Part shown: positions 37,905 to 51,229 of the stretch, in pieces
Position numbering within the stretch: the stretch's first letter is position 1
How the letters are laid out: every line of letters starts with the position of its first letter
Source of the DNA: Macrostomum lignano
Lineage: Eukaryota
Assembly (NCBI GenBank): GCA_002269645.1
Contig: NIVC01000275.1
Span: forward strand, 362,327 to 426,326
Direction of reading: 5' to 3'
DNA: 64,000 nt
The notes under the pieces: generated by a model
Database searches by the model: none
Seen by the model: the letters and a program-made list of their open reading frames with translations, nothing else
What the model was told of the DNA's origin: nothing
Made by a program: the position numbers and the translations under genes

Positions 37905-38822
37905 ACGGTCCTCACCCTCCTCAAATCTGATTGGCTGCCAAATCAGTCAAACCAACCACCCCATTCTCAACCCCTCACCCACCTGCAATCTAATTAGCTG
38001 TCAGATCAGTCAAACCAACCACCCCATTCTCAACCCCTCACCCACCTGCAATCTAATTAGCTGTCAGATCAGTCAAACCAACCACCCCATTCTCAACCCC
38101 TCACCCACCTGCAATCTAATTGGCTGTCAGATCAGTCAAACCAACCACCCCATTCTCAACCCCTCACCCACCTGCAATCTAATTAGCTGTCAGATCAGTC
38201 AAACCAACCACCCCATTCTCAGTCCCTCACCCACCTCCAATCTGATTGGCTGTCAGATCAGTCAAACCAACCACCACCCCATTCTCAACTCCTCACCCAC
38301 CTGCAATCTAATTGGCTGTCAGATCAGTCAAACCAACCACCCCATTCTCAGTCCCTCACCACCTCCAACCTGATTGGCTGTCAGATCAGTCAAACCAACC
38401 ACCACCCCATTCTCAACCCCTCACCCACCTGCAATCTAATTGGCTGTCAGATCAGTCAAACCAACCACCCCATTCTCAGTCCCTCACCACCTCCAATCTG
38501 ATTGGCTGTCAGATCAGTCAAACCAACCACCACCCCATTCTCAACCCCTCACCCACCTGCAATCTAATTGGCTGTCAGATCAGTCAAACCAACCACCCCA
38601 TTCTCAGTCCCTCACCACCTCCAACCTGATTGGCTGTCAGATCAGTCAAACCAACCACCACCCCATTCTCAACCCTCACCCACCTGCAATCTAATTGGCT
38701 GTCAGATCAGTCAAACCAACCACCCCATTCTCAGTCCCTCACCACCTCCAATCTGATTGGCTGTCAGATCAGTCAAAACAACCACCCCATTCTCAGTCCC
38801 TCATCCACCTCCAATCTGATTG
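37905..38822. repeat. About 63-bp minisatellite just 3' of UBE2H, about 14 copies
   Basis: Unit ACCTGCAATCTAATTGGCTGTCAGATCAGTCAAACCAACCACCCCATTCTCAACCCCTCACCC, with 62-66 bp variants. Confidence 0.95.
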
Positions 38823-39447
38823 TCCGAATTCGTCAATGCAGCCTCACAGTCCGAGCAATGAGCAGTAATGATGTCACAGGCCTTCCAGTGCAGTGCGTTT
38901 TCCCCCAGTTCCCTTAATCAGCGCATGATCAGTTTTTTGTTTTCATTTTGTACAAAGTATTCGCGATACCATTTATTAAAATGCTCCGCTACTTTCCCTA
39001 AATCTCTCTGGTACTTTTTTGGTAGATTAATTGAGCGAATGTGTGCGATAGCGTGCTTATAGTAGCAGCACTGTTCCCTATGCATGCAATGTGTCAATGA
39101 ACATGCCTATATAATAATACCTATATACTTTTTCTGCTCACTACTAAATTATATATTTTTTATTGTTTAACTTTTCCTGCCATAAGCTTTTCATTATTCT
39201 CTCTTTCACCTCTCTTTACCTTACTGTGTCCCAGATTTTGCTTAAAATCTTTTTTTCAAATATGCTGCAGTGAAGTCGACCGACTCTTGCTTGATTACAG
39301 TAGATTCCGCACCACACTGCACTGTTAGAAGCACCAAACCCACTTATCTCATTAGTATCTCGTTTTTCTTTCTGTTATCAAGTTTGATTTTCAAAGTATT
39401 GGCTGGTTAGGTTGCTCGCTTGCTTCTTTTGTGCCTTCGAAATCGCT

Positions 39448-39551
39448 TCTGTCTGTCCATCTGTCTGTAAGTGTGCCTGCCTGCGTCTGTCTGTGTGTCT
39501 GTTTATCTGTCTTAGTGTCTGTCTGTCTGTCTTAGTGTCTGTCTGTCTTAG

Positions 39552-39586
<35 letters not shown>

Positions 39587-39671
39587 GTGTCTGTCTGTGT
39601 GTCTGTCTTAGTGTCTTAGTGTCTGTCTGTCTGTCTGTCTGTCTGTGTGTCTGTCTGTCTGTCTGTCTTAG

Positions 39672-39730
<59 letters not shown>

Positions 39731-39739
39731 GTGTCTTAG

Positions 39740-39802
<63 letters not shown>

Positions 39803-39848
39803 GTGTCTGTCTGTCTGTCTGTCTTAGTGTCTGTCTGTCTGTGTCTGT
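39448..39848. repeat. Interrupted (GTCT)n microsatellite
   Basis: Direct observation. Confidence 0.95.
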
Positions 39849-40722
39849 CCTATCATTATTTGTCCTGCTTGCCTGCCTTCACCCCCTTCAACCCAGGCCT
39901 GTGTCTTAATGCCTGATATCACCCGTGGACCAGTGCCTTCTCAGACCCAACAGCCCACACTTCCTAGGCTTCCTCGAGTGAGTCTGCTTGGTCAGAGAGC
40001 GAAGGAAAATAGCAGCAGCGCCACTTAATCCGTTTAGTAGTAGCGAACTTTGATTCTGTAAAAAAATTCTTGACTACAATAAAACTTCTGATTACATGAA
40101 ACTATTAATTTATAAATTTCTGATTCAGAATATCTTGCACTGTTTTGTTAACAGTCTTTCTGACTGTTTTCAGATTTTCATTTTTTGCAGCACCAATTAT
40201 CAATATTGTTTATTGAGCGCATCTTTCATTAAAAAAAATTTATTTTATCTGGAAATTGCAAGCCGATTCCAGACTTTACTACTCAAAGTAGACTGTTTGG
40301 CTATTATTTTAAACTCCCTGCGAAATTGGTTTGTTTTGTTTTTTTCTGAATAAATTTTATTAAAAATCCGCGCGTTCAGCTAAACTGCCTTGCCCGCCTA
40401 GCCATTAGCTTCTGTTCTTATTTTTTGAATAAAAATATTCATTTATTCACAAGCTCGCGTATGAACTTGCTCGTTCCACTGCCCAGTAACCGTTATATTA
40501 TATACTTGTGTTTATATGTATTCTAAGAAAAATTTTATTCCCCCAAGAAATGCGCGCAAACATGCCTTATCTCTGTGTAGTGTCGTGCAAAGCCTACAAT
40601 TCGTTACTAATAGTGCTCGAATGTCGGAGATTTTTATTTCATTAATTTAATTATCGTATCGATTTTCGCCTAAATTAGTGTCTATCAAATATTTCTTCGA
40701 TTTGGTGTAAGTGTTGCGGGTA

Positions 40723-41049
40723 AGGGTACCTCTTATTTCGCCGATTCTCGTTTCGCCGAAATTAATTTAATAACCATCTGGACATTAGACCATAGACAAC
40801 TACACTAATGCAAATATGATTTAGATGGAATTCTAATTCTAAGAATTCTTCCTTCTGCATAGTCTATGGTAAAAAGTCCATAGCCAGTGGTGTATATGTA
40901 TGGTAGGAGGTTGTGAAATACAAAAATGCCGATTGAAATCGTTTCTGGTGGTTTGAAATTGAAATTAGTGTAGTTGTCAATGTCTAATGTCCAGATGGTT
41001 GTGAAATTAATTTCGGCGAAACGAGAGTCGGCGAAATGAGAGGTACCCT
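40723..41049. mobile_element. MITE with about 90-bp terminal inverted repeats and an 8-bp target-site duplication
   Basis: Left end AGGGTACCTCTTATTTCGCCGATTCTCGTTTCGCCGAAATTAATT...; the right end is its reverse complement. TGCGGGTA flanks both sides (40715-40722 and 41050-41057). Confidence 0.9.
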
Positions 41050-42074
41050 TGCGGGTATAATCTGAAGCGCAGTGGTTGCGACTTGTTTATTGGGGGGGGG
41101 GCAATCTGTCTGTTACCGGGCCCAGCTACTCACTACTCAATTTATCATTAAATTAGGTTTTCCCATTTGGCTACTCTACTCTGGAAACCGTTAATCGTCA
41201 ATAATTAAAGGAATCACTTCTTCAAGCGTGCTGCATTTTTACGGCAATGTTTTTCCTTTGTGTTTACTATTTTGGATTCTGTCTTTATTTATTGTAGCCG
41301 TCTGCGTAGATTCAACTGGTGTTTCCTATAAATTACAAAAATATAAAAATAAAACAAAATTTTAGAAACTAAATAACCAAATATTCTATTATTATAAAAA
41401 ACTAAATTTACTGTGATAAGAGACTTCAACTATATTTTTACCGCTGTGTTGCCACCGCGTTTATTTGTTCTTTTCTTTACTGTTTTATTGACACGGGTAA
41501 TCACTAGATTCAATCCCCGGTGATCAGGGAGATAAACTTAAAGTAGACTTTTTGAATCTCTTTACCGCAAGGGGGTCAGCCGACCCCTCTTACCGCCTCT
41601 GGGACAGCCAGTGTTTCTCGTATTTAGTTTTGCAACATTATTTTCCGTTTTAAAATGACTAACTCCAAAACAATATTTAGTGTAAACATTTTCCTGCTCT
41701 TGGTAAAAATAAGTTGCAACTTTACAGTATAAAAAATTAATATTACGAGCTTGTAATGTATTTAGTTATATTCACGAGAAATCCCGTAAAATCCAGGGGA
41801 TGGGAGATATTGGCTCGATCCCTACTCACGGATGAGGTTTTGCTTACTCAAAATATTTCAGTAATATACCTCAGTTCAGTTTAATCAAGCATTAAAGAGC
41901 AAATATCTCCAGAAAAATCGTCATTTGCTTTTGAACTGGTATTGCTGAGCTTTTGTCTCTTTAACTGAATAAATTCTTCACTGAAATTGGCATGGATTTG
42001 TGAAACTCAAAGGTCTACCTACAATCAGGGGCCCATGAACGATATCAAAGTGCCATTAATTGACTCGACCCCAC

Positions 42075-42365
42075 CAAACTCTATAATCTATACCCTAGTC
42101 TAAATCCTATCCCTTAATTTAAGCCCTCTAACCTAAGCTAATCCTAACCTAACCTTAACCTAATTCCTAAAGCTCCGCCCCCACCCCGTAACCTATGCCT
42201 CAGCCTAAATCCTAACCATTACATATGACCTAACCCTAACCTATAACTCCAGCCTAAATCCTAACCCTAAACTATATCCTAGCCTAAAACCGAACTCATA
42301 CCCTAATGACCCTAATCTAAACCCTAAATCCTAAACCCTAAACCATATCCTACACTTTAATCCTC
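42075..42365. repeat. Degenerate CCCTAA/CCTAAC telomere-like tract
   Basis: Many CCTAA(A/C)CC words, with no perfect long (CCCTAA)n run. Confidence 0.6.
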
Positions 42366-43089
42366 ACCAAAACGGTAACAAATATACAGACGACAGTCAA
42401 ATAGTGGCAGTCAGGTTGTGTGTGGTGTGGGGCCTAGGCTAAATCGCGGGCTCCCGTGCAAAATGTCTAAGACTACAACGTCTAGCAGTACAAGCCTAAT
42501 TCACTTTATTTACAGTTCTATGGCTAAACTCGCTGCAGAGCAGATCATTCGCTTGAAATATTGGTTTCCTTGGTTTGTTTTGCATTAGCAGTAGTTATTC
42601 ATAGCCATTTAGTTGGTTTTGCTGGCTGGGCTCGACTGAAAAAACAAGGGCTAAAAAACAGACACCCCCTCTGCACGATCATATCGTTCGATCGATAAAA
42701 TTCAACCCCTACCCCCTCTATACAGCCAAACTGTCTAGGGCCCTGCTGGGCTTGGCTTTCGCCTATCCTCTCAAGTCTGCTAAAAACCTTACCCATCTCC
42801 ACTGTCTGTGATTGGCTGAGAGGCCGGGGGAGGCCGGGAGGGGTTTAAAAGAAGTTAATAAAACCAACGCCCCCAGCAAGCAGCAGTTGAGCGGCGGGGC
42901 GGCTTTAGCATTCCGCATTTGTTTTAGCTCGTGCTGCAAGTCTGCAACCAAAGCCTATGGCTATAAGCGCGCTTCCTGTCAAGTATAATGTAAATCCTTG
43001 TTAGAATTAAAACAATGCCTATTTAAATTATGATAGCTGGATTTTTGCGGTCGGTAAGTATCTCTGTGCCCCATATTGTTAGTTTTTTT

Positions 43090-45212
43090 GACCATCCTGC
43101 AGAATCGTTCGTTAAATTCACTGTACGCACATTTTTTAGCTATTGACATGAAACTTTCCGAAAATGAATATTTTCATTATGCTAACATTTTAGAAGTGTT
43201 TCAGAAGTGCCATATTTGTTAGTTCAAGGGCTGGGCGGTCTCTTGAGGTTGCACAATCCATGTTGGGGCAGGTCTTGAGCCAGCCATTTTTAATTTTAAG
43301 TGGAAAGCATCTAATTCGCAGTATTTACCACAGAATATACACAGAATGGCGAATCGGCAGTTCTCTATGAAAGCGAAAATAAATGCGATTGCACTACTAA
43401 CGTTGTGAAGCTGATAAGTAGCTGCGATTTTTTAAACGCAAAGTTGAATGTAAAAGTTGAGCTCAAGACAGCCTTTGAAAGCTCTGAATCATCGTTTTGA
43501 CGCTGCAGATGAATGCTGCGCCATCATTGTAATTAATTTGTTCATAACGGTGCGTCCGCAAAGTCATGAGCAGAAGTAACAACTGTTATAACCTCATTGC
43601 CATGTACATGTAAGCTAAAAAACAAAAGTAACAAACATTTAACAACAGGTTAAGTTTTAGCGCTGCACGCAAGGCAGGAAATGCCAGACGCAACAGAAAT
43701 AACAAATCTCATGCAATCACACTCATCTTCTTGAACTTCCTCGATTGCTCATTGCAAAATGCTCGCCCGCGCTTTCTCTCCTGAGCCGCAATCCTGCGCC
43801 CATTGCACCAATGGTGCAAGCGCAGCTTCGAGAACAGCCTCGCAATGCCCATCACGCATCTCTCTGAGTGCTCAGCGCAATGAGTCGCAATATGTTGCAA
43901 TCGGCCAATAATTTGCTGATTCTGTGTGACACACCAGCATGCATGAACTCTGTCACTTCCAGCAATTTGAATTGGCGTTCCATCTCAGTGACAGCTCTGA
44001 TAACTGCTCTGCTTGGGGTGACTAAGCTGTCATCCCGCTTGCACTTCAGTCGCAGGAAGCGTGTCCGAATTGCTTTCCTTTCAGTTCCTGCTGGAACACC
44101 TCACACTTGCACTCGGTTTTAATGAAGCGGAACAGCAACCAACCGCCGACATATGCGCATTTCTCGTGATCTAAGTCATCCGATGTAGCAAAGAGCTCAT
44201 CACCTGCTTCCGTGAGATCTGAGTCACAAGTGTTGCCCTGCAGGTGGACTGGATCTGGAGCTTCTTGGCTCACTGCAGCCTTGGATGCTCTCTGGCTGCT
44301 GAAAACCGGTGAAATCTAGTGCCCGGCGGACACTTGCCGGCGTAGTTGGGGCATCCGTACGCAGCGCACTGAAGCCTCAAAGCAGACGCAGTCATGCGAA
44401 AACAGTATCACAATAAGCTGCGTATTAAAACTCTAGCAGATATGCCTTCGGTATTACATGTAGCACTTTTGAAGCCAGACCTAGCTTCAGCAGCACCAGC
44501 TTGGGCCATAGAGAATGCAATATAGCAAAGACAGGCTAGCGCGATCAATAATGCATTTGACCTGCATGCTTTCACGCCACGAGCTCGTGCTTGAACGCCC
44601 AAGGCATGCTGTCTATGGCACTAACTTAAAGCGCAGCAGAAGGCAGGGCCAGCCTTAAGGTAGTTTCTAAAAATAGCACAGTTTAGAAGGGGGTGGGTTG
44701 GTTCATCAAGCCTTCTTCCTATATTCTGTGGGACAAACCCGCAATAAATGGCAAAGAATTGGTAAAGTGCCATTCAGCCTACTTAGTTTCTCTTCACAAC
44801 AAGAGTAGCCAGTATAGAATATCATTCTTGTGCAAGAAATTTTCTCAAAATGCGGGATTCGCCATTCTGTGTATATTCTGTGGTATTTGCAGCTTAGCAG
44901 TGCCCCTATCCTTAAAGCCCCAGAGTTTGTAGCTAATTTTGGTCATAGACACATTTTTTACCAGTGACATCAGCAGCGCACAAATTCAAAATTGCATAAT
45001 CGTTAATAGTCGTTTAAATTCGGAAAAACACGGAAAACCCCGGAAATTGCAATAAAAGTTAAGTTGCAACCCCCCACAAATGGAATTTTAATGTCAAAAC
45101 ACTTCTAAAATGTTGGCATGATAAAAATATAATTCATTTTTGGAAATTTTCATGTCAATAGCTAAAAAAATGTGCGTACAGTGAATTTAACGAACGATTC
45201 TGCACGATAGCC
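43090..45212. mobile_element. Mutator-like MITE (about 110-bp TIRs, 9-bp TSD) hosting a nested P-like element
   Basis: 43094-43200 is an inverted copy of 45101-45208. Flanks are AGTTTTTTT (43081-43089) and AGTTTTTTA (45213-45221). Confidence 0.7.
43329..44882 (-). mobile_element. Internally deleted, non-autonomous THAP/P-element-like transposon
   Basis: Perfect TIR CACAGAATATACACAGAATGGCGAATC at both ends and an 8-bp TSD GTATTTAC/GTATTTGC. A THAP start (MTASALRLQCAAYGCPN...FHRF, ATG 44395) is followed by the P-transposase C-terminal region (CAYVGGWLL...RFLRLK...FSKLRLHHWC). No DDE core is visible. Confidence 0.8.
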
Positions 45213-45450
45213 AGTTTTTTATTCGAACTGCAGAAATTAGTCATAATTTCAGCGTCTGATCTAATTTAAATAAATCAATGCCAATCAATAGGCAATATTT
45301 ACTATGCTTTTACTGGGGTAGTTTTAAATTGCTCAAAAATTTGAGGAAAGCTTTAAAATTTATAGTCATGAGCTAGTTTTTTATACAAACAATATCTTTT
45401 ATACAATAACGGGTTTATTAGACTATTTATTATTTATTGTTTATTGTTTA

Positions 45451-46790
45451 TTAGCTAATCAAATGGTTGCTGCCGTCAATGCTAAGACGCATCTTCTTGG
45501 TCGAACAGGCCTCGATGTAAGCTGGCCGAGAAACCGGCTCATCAATCGATACTCGGGTGGCATTGCAACTGCTGATCGTCATCACTTGCGTGCAGGCAGT
45601 AGAAAAACTGATAAAGTCGCTCGCATTAGCAGAGAAAGACGCCTCATCATTGGAAGGCATTGTGCTTATGCTTGGAATGTGCCGGGTTAAGGAACAGTTC
45701 GCTGCCTTGGAACTCCTGAATAGACTGCGGTCCTGGCGCCTAGTTAAATACATTTTGACCGTCTCGCATTTCTGGCTGGTAATAAGCATTATGTCTTGTA
45801 GCGAATGGCCAGCGGCCTCTAGGTCGCACACTCTAGTGACTCTGTGGGAGAATTAAAGGAAAGTAATTTTATGTGAACTAGTTGGAACTATTTATACACT
45901 ATATCGGAAAACGAAGTTTACTTACAGTACCTAATACAGTGATTAGTGTAGACCGGCCTTTGCACTCAGATTCTTCATATTCGAATACATTCTTGAAGGA
46001 ATCGATATCCTCGAGCGATCTTCTCGCGGAACGCTTTTCCAGGTTGTCCTTGAAGAGGCTTTGGAAAAAAAGATTTAGCAGCTTGTGGTAGATGACTGAT
46101 GTATGTATCCATAAGCTCAGTTTCGTAAATTCTGGCGTGCTTTCCGTTGACGTATTTCTCCGGCTGATCAACATCAGCTGACCGATTCTTCGATGGTTAG
46201 GAGGGCAAGGCCATATACTTGCGACCACCAGCATCTACAACGCGTTGCAAACGATCAGGCCTCGTCAGGGCACGTAAGTGCTCCTGTCCACCTTCGCCCA
46301 GCTCGTAGTGAATAGTATATGGCCAAAGACTACTCCCCACCCGAGCTTTTCTACTGAGCCTGCGTGTTGTTGTCTTTCTAGACCATATATACTGTAACTA
46401 GCATATATGGAAACACTAGTCGGACAGTTAACATACCAGCTGCAAGCACGACAGTGTGCATCTGTTCAGCCGTCTCAACCGCCTCAGCTGGAGACTCCGT
46501 CGCAGCAGTTACAGCCGCCCTCGCAGCAGTCGAAGGAGTTTTCGAAAAAGAAACGAATCCATTTAGCTGAATCCTCTACCGTGGTGGCCGGGAAGTCCAG
46601 ACGCACATTACAGCCCTCCGCCTAGTCAGCCAGACGCTTGATGACAGCCCTTTCCTTAGCGATAGTGGAATGCCACTGGTTCTCTAGCTCTACTTACTTT
46701 GCCAGTTCTTCCAACTCGTCCAGAATTGACAAGGAGTCTGGATGTACTGACTGACGTTAAATTCTTGAACTCCTGGTCCATTGGGCAGTA
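45451..46790 (-). pseudogene. Degenerate Crypton (DUF3504-type) tyrosine recombinase, copy 1
   Basis: Across frameshifts: GGQEHLRAL...DAGGRKY...SKN...ARIY...LP...FFPKPL...MKNLSAKAGL...YTNHCIR|VTRVCDLEAAG...IMLITSQK...MY. An 89-bp GT-AG intron (45930-45842) splits the Arg codon of HxxR. Confidence 0.75.
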
Positions 46791-47683
46791 AACGACTAAC
46801 GCTGCCAGTTCGTCACCCTCTCTAGCTTACCTACGCAAGCAGCGATGGCTAGTTCGACCTCAATGTAGTGCAGACCAGGAAAAGGCGGTATGCGGTTATT
46901 CGAAATTAGAGTCGCCATACTCTGAACTCTAAAATATCTCGTGTCACTTAAATTTATTGTGGAAGCAAAAACTTTCTTTCCTCTCCTGTGAATTGAATTG
47001 GTCAATGGCCAATCCTTCTAGTCGATAGTAGCCTCGACAATGATGTTCTTGCGCAGGAATATACCAACCAATAAGCGTGTTTATTTTACGGTAAGGACAG
47101 GGACAACTAGAAACGGGGGCAGGAAGCGCCTTAATTCATGCAGAAAAAACTTGAAGGCTTTTAGTGCTTTTCTTATGGGCTATTAAATTCATGATCGCGA
47201 ATGCAAAAGTGTTGTTTCGGAAAATGGAAACACTTGGAGACTGACGATCGGAGGGAACAGATATCTTCCTATAGAGTCAGATTCAAAGGAACATCTGTAT
47301 TTTTTGAACAGAAGATACAATACAAATACCGTAAAGTTATTACAACACGTGACGCAAAAATGATACAACAGTATGTTTTAGGCAAGAAAGGTAAACGACT
47401 AGGATTAGTAAAATTTTATACCGATCGCTGACAACTTGTATCGTCAACAGTCGGATGCCGAATCTATTCTTGATGATTCTTTCACTATTTTTGCTGAGTA
47501 AATTCTTGCCTCAACAGCGCCATTATAGTGAGATGAATAAACTAACTTGTATTTGGTACGCAAGTACAAGCAGCAAAACTGGGTTAAAGTAGTACTTAAC
47601 GCGACAGCAAAGAAATAACATGTTGATGGACCTACGACGTATAGTCGACAAAAATACGCTTGTAAATTAAAGCAGTTTTACTA

Positions 47684-49030
47684 CGAGGGTTGTCCCAGAA
47701 ATAGCGGGAAAAATCGGTGGAGAGGCTAACTGTGATATTCGAATTTGATGCAACTTGCGTCATAAGTATTATAGAAAAATATCCAACGGTTGTTTAGCTT
47801 TTTAAATGGGGTAAAAATGTCAATTCATTCAAAAGTTGTGCCTATAATTAGAACAAGGGGTAAGTGGGTAGAGTTACACCAAGTCGAGGAAAAATCGTTA
47901 GAGTTTGTCTGCAAAGTTGGTCAGGCAGCATCGCCATCGCCCTTGACTGATGACTTTTCGACGAAGTTACCCATCAGCCTGCAGCCCTTAGTCCATCGTG
48001 TAAAGAGCGCATTGATGGCATCTGCATAGGCCCGGCGCGGGATCTCATAGAGCAGAACTCGCCTGACTTCCCGTTCCAAAGATGTTGGTCAAAGATGCGC
48101 CCACGCAGGTGCTTGTTCAGAAAAGGGAAAATGGCATAGTCGCACGGAGCCAAGTCTGGTGAGTAGGGCGGGTGGGCCAGCCGATCAAAGTTAAGGTTTT
48201 TGATATGATCGATTGTTTTCTTTGCCGTGTGAGGTTGAGCATTGTCGTGCAACAGAAGGTGAGGCTTCATCGCAGTCCTGCGCTTGTTGCAAATGTCAGA
48301 TTTCAGCTTGGTCAGCGTCTCAGCGTAGCGATCCGAGTTAATCGTGCCGTTCGGCTCGAGAAAGTCGATGGTCAGCGGACCTTCTTGATCGAAGAAGAAG
48401 GTCAGCATGATCTTCTTGCAGTACTGGTCTCGTTTTGCCTTCACAGATGAATCTGAACCCTTCAACGCCCATACCTTGCTCTCCTGCTTTGTCTCCGGGT
48501 CAAAGTGTGGAATCCAGGTCTCGTCGCTGGTCACCACATACGGTCGGAAACTCTCCCACCCACCGGCATCCTGAGCCAGCTCAAGATTCTCCCTGCAGGA
48601 TTTCATTCTTGCAGCTTTAATTTCTTTCATCAACAAACGGGGCACCAATCTTGCCGATAACTTCACCATGCCAAGATTCTCTGCCAAAATTCGGTGAATT
48701 GACGTTTTTTGGGCTCCCCAGCCCATTTGCCATCTTTTTTTTAGCGGTGGAACGGGGATTTTCTTGAATGAAATCCTTTTTCAATTCAACTAGGGCCTTG
48801 GTTGATGAGGAAATCGGACAGCCACGGCTGGCTGTGTCATCAGCAACGTCCGTTCGCCCTTGGCTGAACTCTTCGATCCACCGGTAGGCTGCACTCTTCG
48901 AAATCGCGCCTGCTCCGTGGATGTCAGTCAGCTTGCTGACAATTTCGCTGCCTCGCTTCCCAAATCTCCACTGGGAATACACAAACTGGCGTTGACCTTC
49001 TTTAGATGAAACGCTAAACATTTAACAATT
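47684..49030 (-). mobile_element. Mariner (DD34D) transposon, frameshifted, 5' TIR not found
   Basis: TSDETW, HDNA and YSPDLAPCD with 34 residues between the last two Asp; LVPRLL motif; HTH region at 48617-49021. The 3' end reads TA|CGAGGGTTGTCCCAG at 47682-47698. Confidence 0.92.
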
Positions 49031-49333
49031 GAACGAGGGAGAACAGAAAAGATAAAATCAACAATGCTGTCTTGTCGCGATCGAAGATCAGTACCGTGAT
49101 TCCAAATCCTTCTTGCAGCTTTACGCCGGTGCCACTGATGTTTCTTGTGCTGTTCTGCTTCTGCATTTGTTTTAGATTAGCTTCTGCTTTTTCGAGGGCT
49201 TATGTGTGCTTTTGTTTCTCTTCAGCTTCTTCGTTTGCTTTTGTTTTCGGATCGATGGTTCTGACTAAACATCAAAAGTTTAGTCTATGGTCTAGCATAG
49301 TAGGCTCGACTTGGTGTAACTCTATCCTCTACC

Positions 49334-50345
49334 CACAGAATATACACAGAATGCCAAATCAAGCGATTCCTATGAAGCCGAATTAAAATTCGTGTGCACT
49401 ACTCTTGTTGTGAAGTCTATGGCCAGTAGTATAAATTAGCGAAGAATAATTTAGCAAAGTCCCACAGGCAGTCAGAGATCCTACCTGGAGGACCAAATAT
49501 AAAATTTTATAATTTTTTCGTATTTATCATCTAAACAAACCAACCACTCTGAAGAACTCCAGTTAAGCAAAATTCATTCGCATCATCAACAAACAACAGC
49601 TAAGCAGAATTCATTCGCATCACAGTTAAACTACAGTTAAACAGCATTTAATCGCATCAGCTTCTTCCTCTCTTCAGCTCTCTTTATTCCTGTCGTACGC
49701 CCCCGCTTTCTCTGCTGAGCGAGCGTCCTCTGACTGTTGCACCAGTGATGCAGGCGAAGTCTGGCAAACAACTTGGCCATTGCCTTAGCACACTGTTCGC
49801 CGTGATCCGAGCTGTGCGTCTGAATATTTGCAAGAACCATGGGAAAGAACTTTTCCTGAAGCCGTTTGCTCACGTCCTTCAGAACGAACAGCTCTTTGTC
49901 CGTTGTCGTGAAGGAGCGCTCCATCTGACAGACTGCAGATATGACTGCCTTGTTGGGAATGATTAGATTTCCAGTCCCGCCCTGTCCGTTCTTGAGCTGC
50001 AGGAAGCGCATCTCTCCCGAGCCATCGCCTTTTAACGACTGCTGGCACTCCTCGCATTTTTCCTCAGATTTGAATAGCTTGAAAAGCAACCAGCCTCCAA
50101 TGTAGGCGCACTTCTCATTCTCAATGCTGCCGACTGTGCCAGCAGGCAGGTCTTGAGCTTCCTCAGTGGAGTCTGCTGAAATCAGACCATCGCCCTGCGG
50201 ACCAGGACTGGGCGCACTTGCACTTGCTGTTACTTTGGCCTGAAACTCGGTCAGCAAGGTGCTGCCATCGTTCTCGCAGTTGCTGTTGGTCTGCGATAGA
50301 CAGCCCAACCAGTGGTTGACAGTGGATTTTCCAGCCATGCTGCAC
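49334..50345 (-). mobile_element. 3' portion of a second P-like element: terminal TIR plus an intact last exon of the transposase (49637-50338)
   Basis: TIR CACAGAATATACACAGAATG at 49334. The ORF carries NCEND, CAYIGGWLL, CEECQQSL, LIIPNKAV and FARLRLHHWC, homologous to the 43.7-44.3 kb piece. An acceptor-like site lies at about 50340. Confidence 0.75.
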
Positions 50346-51229
50346 GTAAAAGTCTAAGAAGCTTTGTTTATAAAGAGTGCCGCGGTTCACGGCTTATATT
50401 TGGCACGCAGAAATAACTTGCTCTTTGCGCTACTGTATTGTTTGGCTCTAAAGGAAATAAAAGTTTCTACCCTAGACAATAGACATGCAGAGAAAGTCCG
50501 TTTAGTCTTTTGTCTATACACAACAGTCTGTCAAGTCGGACAGCGGCGCGACCCCGAGACTGCGGGTGGCTATGTTGAGCAGTTCGTCTCGCCCAAGGCC
50601 AATCAGTCGCCGCACCGCACGTACGAGCGTATACCGCTCTCGGACTTGCGATCGATATACTCAATCAATTTGCTATGTACAGTAAACATTGATTGCGCCC
50701 TTGTAGCCAGCGTGGACTGCTTCCATCCTTTTAAAACGCCGCCGCCGCTGCCATTGCCGTCGCCACTACCGCCATCGCCATGTACATCGCCTCTATCGCC
50801 GTCATCGTCTTCGTCGTTGGAAGCGTCGCTATTCGACGCCCGCTGTTCTGATGGAACTGACGGCAGACCCCGACAGACGCGCTCCATTAAAGGCACCGTC
50901 TTCCCTGGTTCTAAGACCATGTCAGCCTTTCGCAGCCCAGTTGAGTCCTCCAAGAGTTTCAGCACAAGCCGAAGGGTGCGGCAATGCTCGCGAAAACGAT
51001 GAACAAGGCTGGCATTTTTCTGAGTGTGTCTCGGAAGAGCCCACCATATGGTGCCCAGGCTACTAACGCTTTCTTCGATACTCGGCCGGCGTATTGGGAG
51101 CTGCTGCGGCTGCGAAATCGCCGCCTGGTCATGCTCCTTATCCACCGCTGACGCTGTTGCTGCTGTTGCTGCTGCTTTAGGCTGACAAAAATTAGCACCA
51201 TCGGCAGAGGTCGGCTGCTGCTGCTGCTG

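Noticed and set aside
39412-39909. 165-aa Cys/Leu/Ser/Val ORF
   Set aside because: Translation of the (GTCT)n microsatellite.
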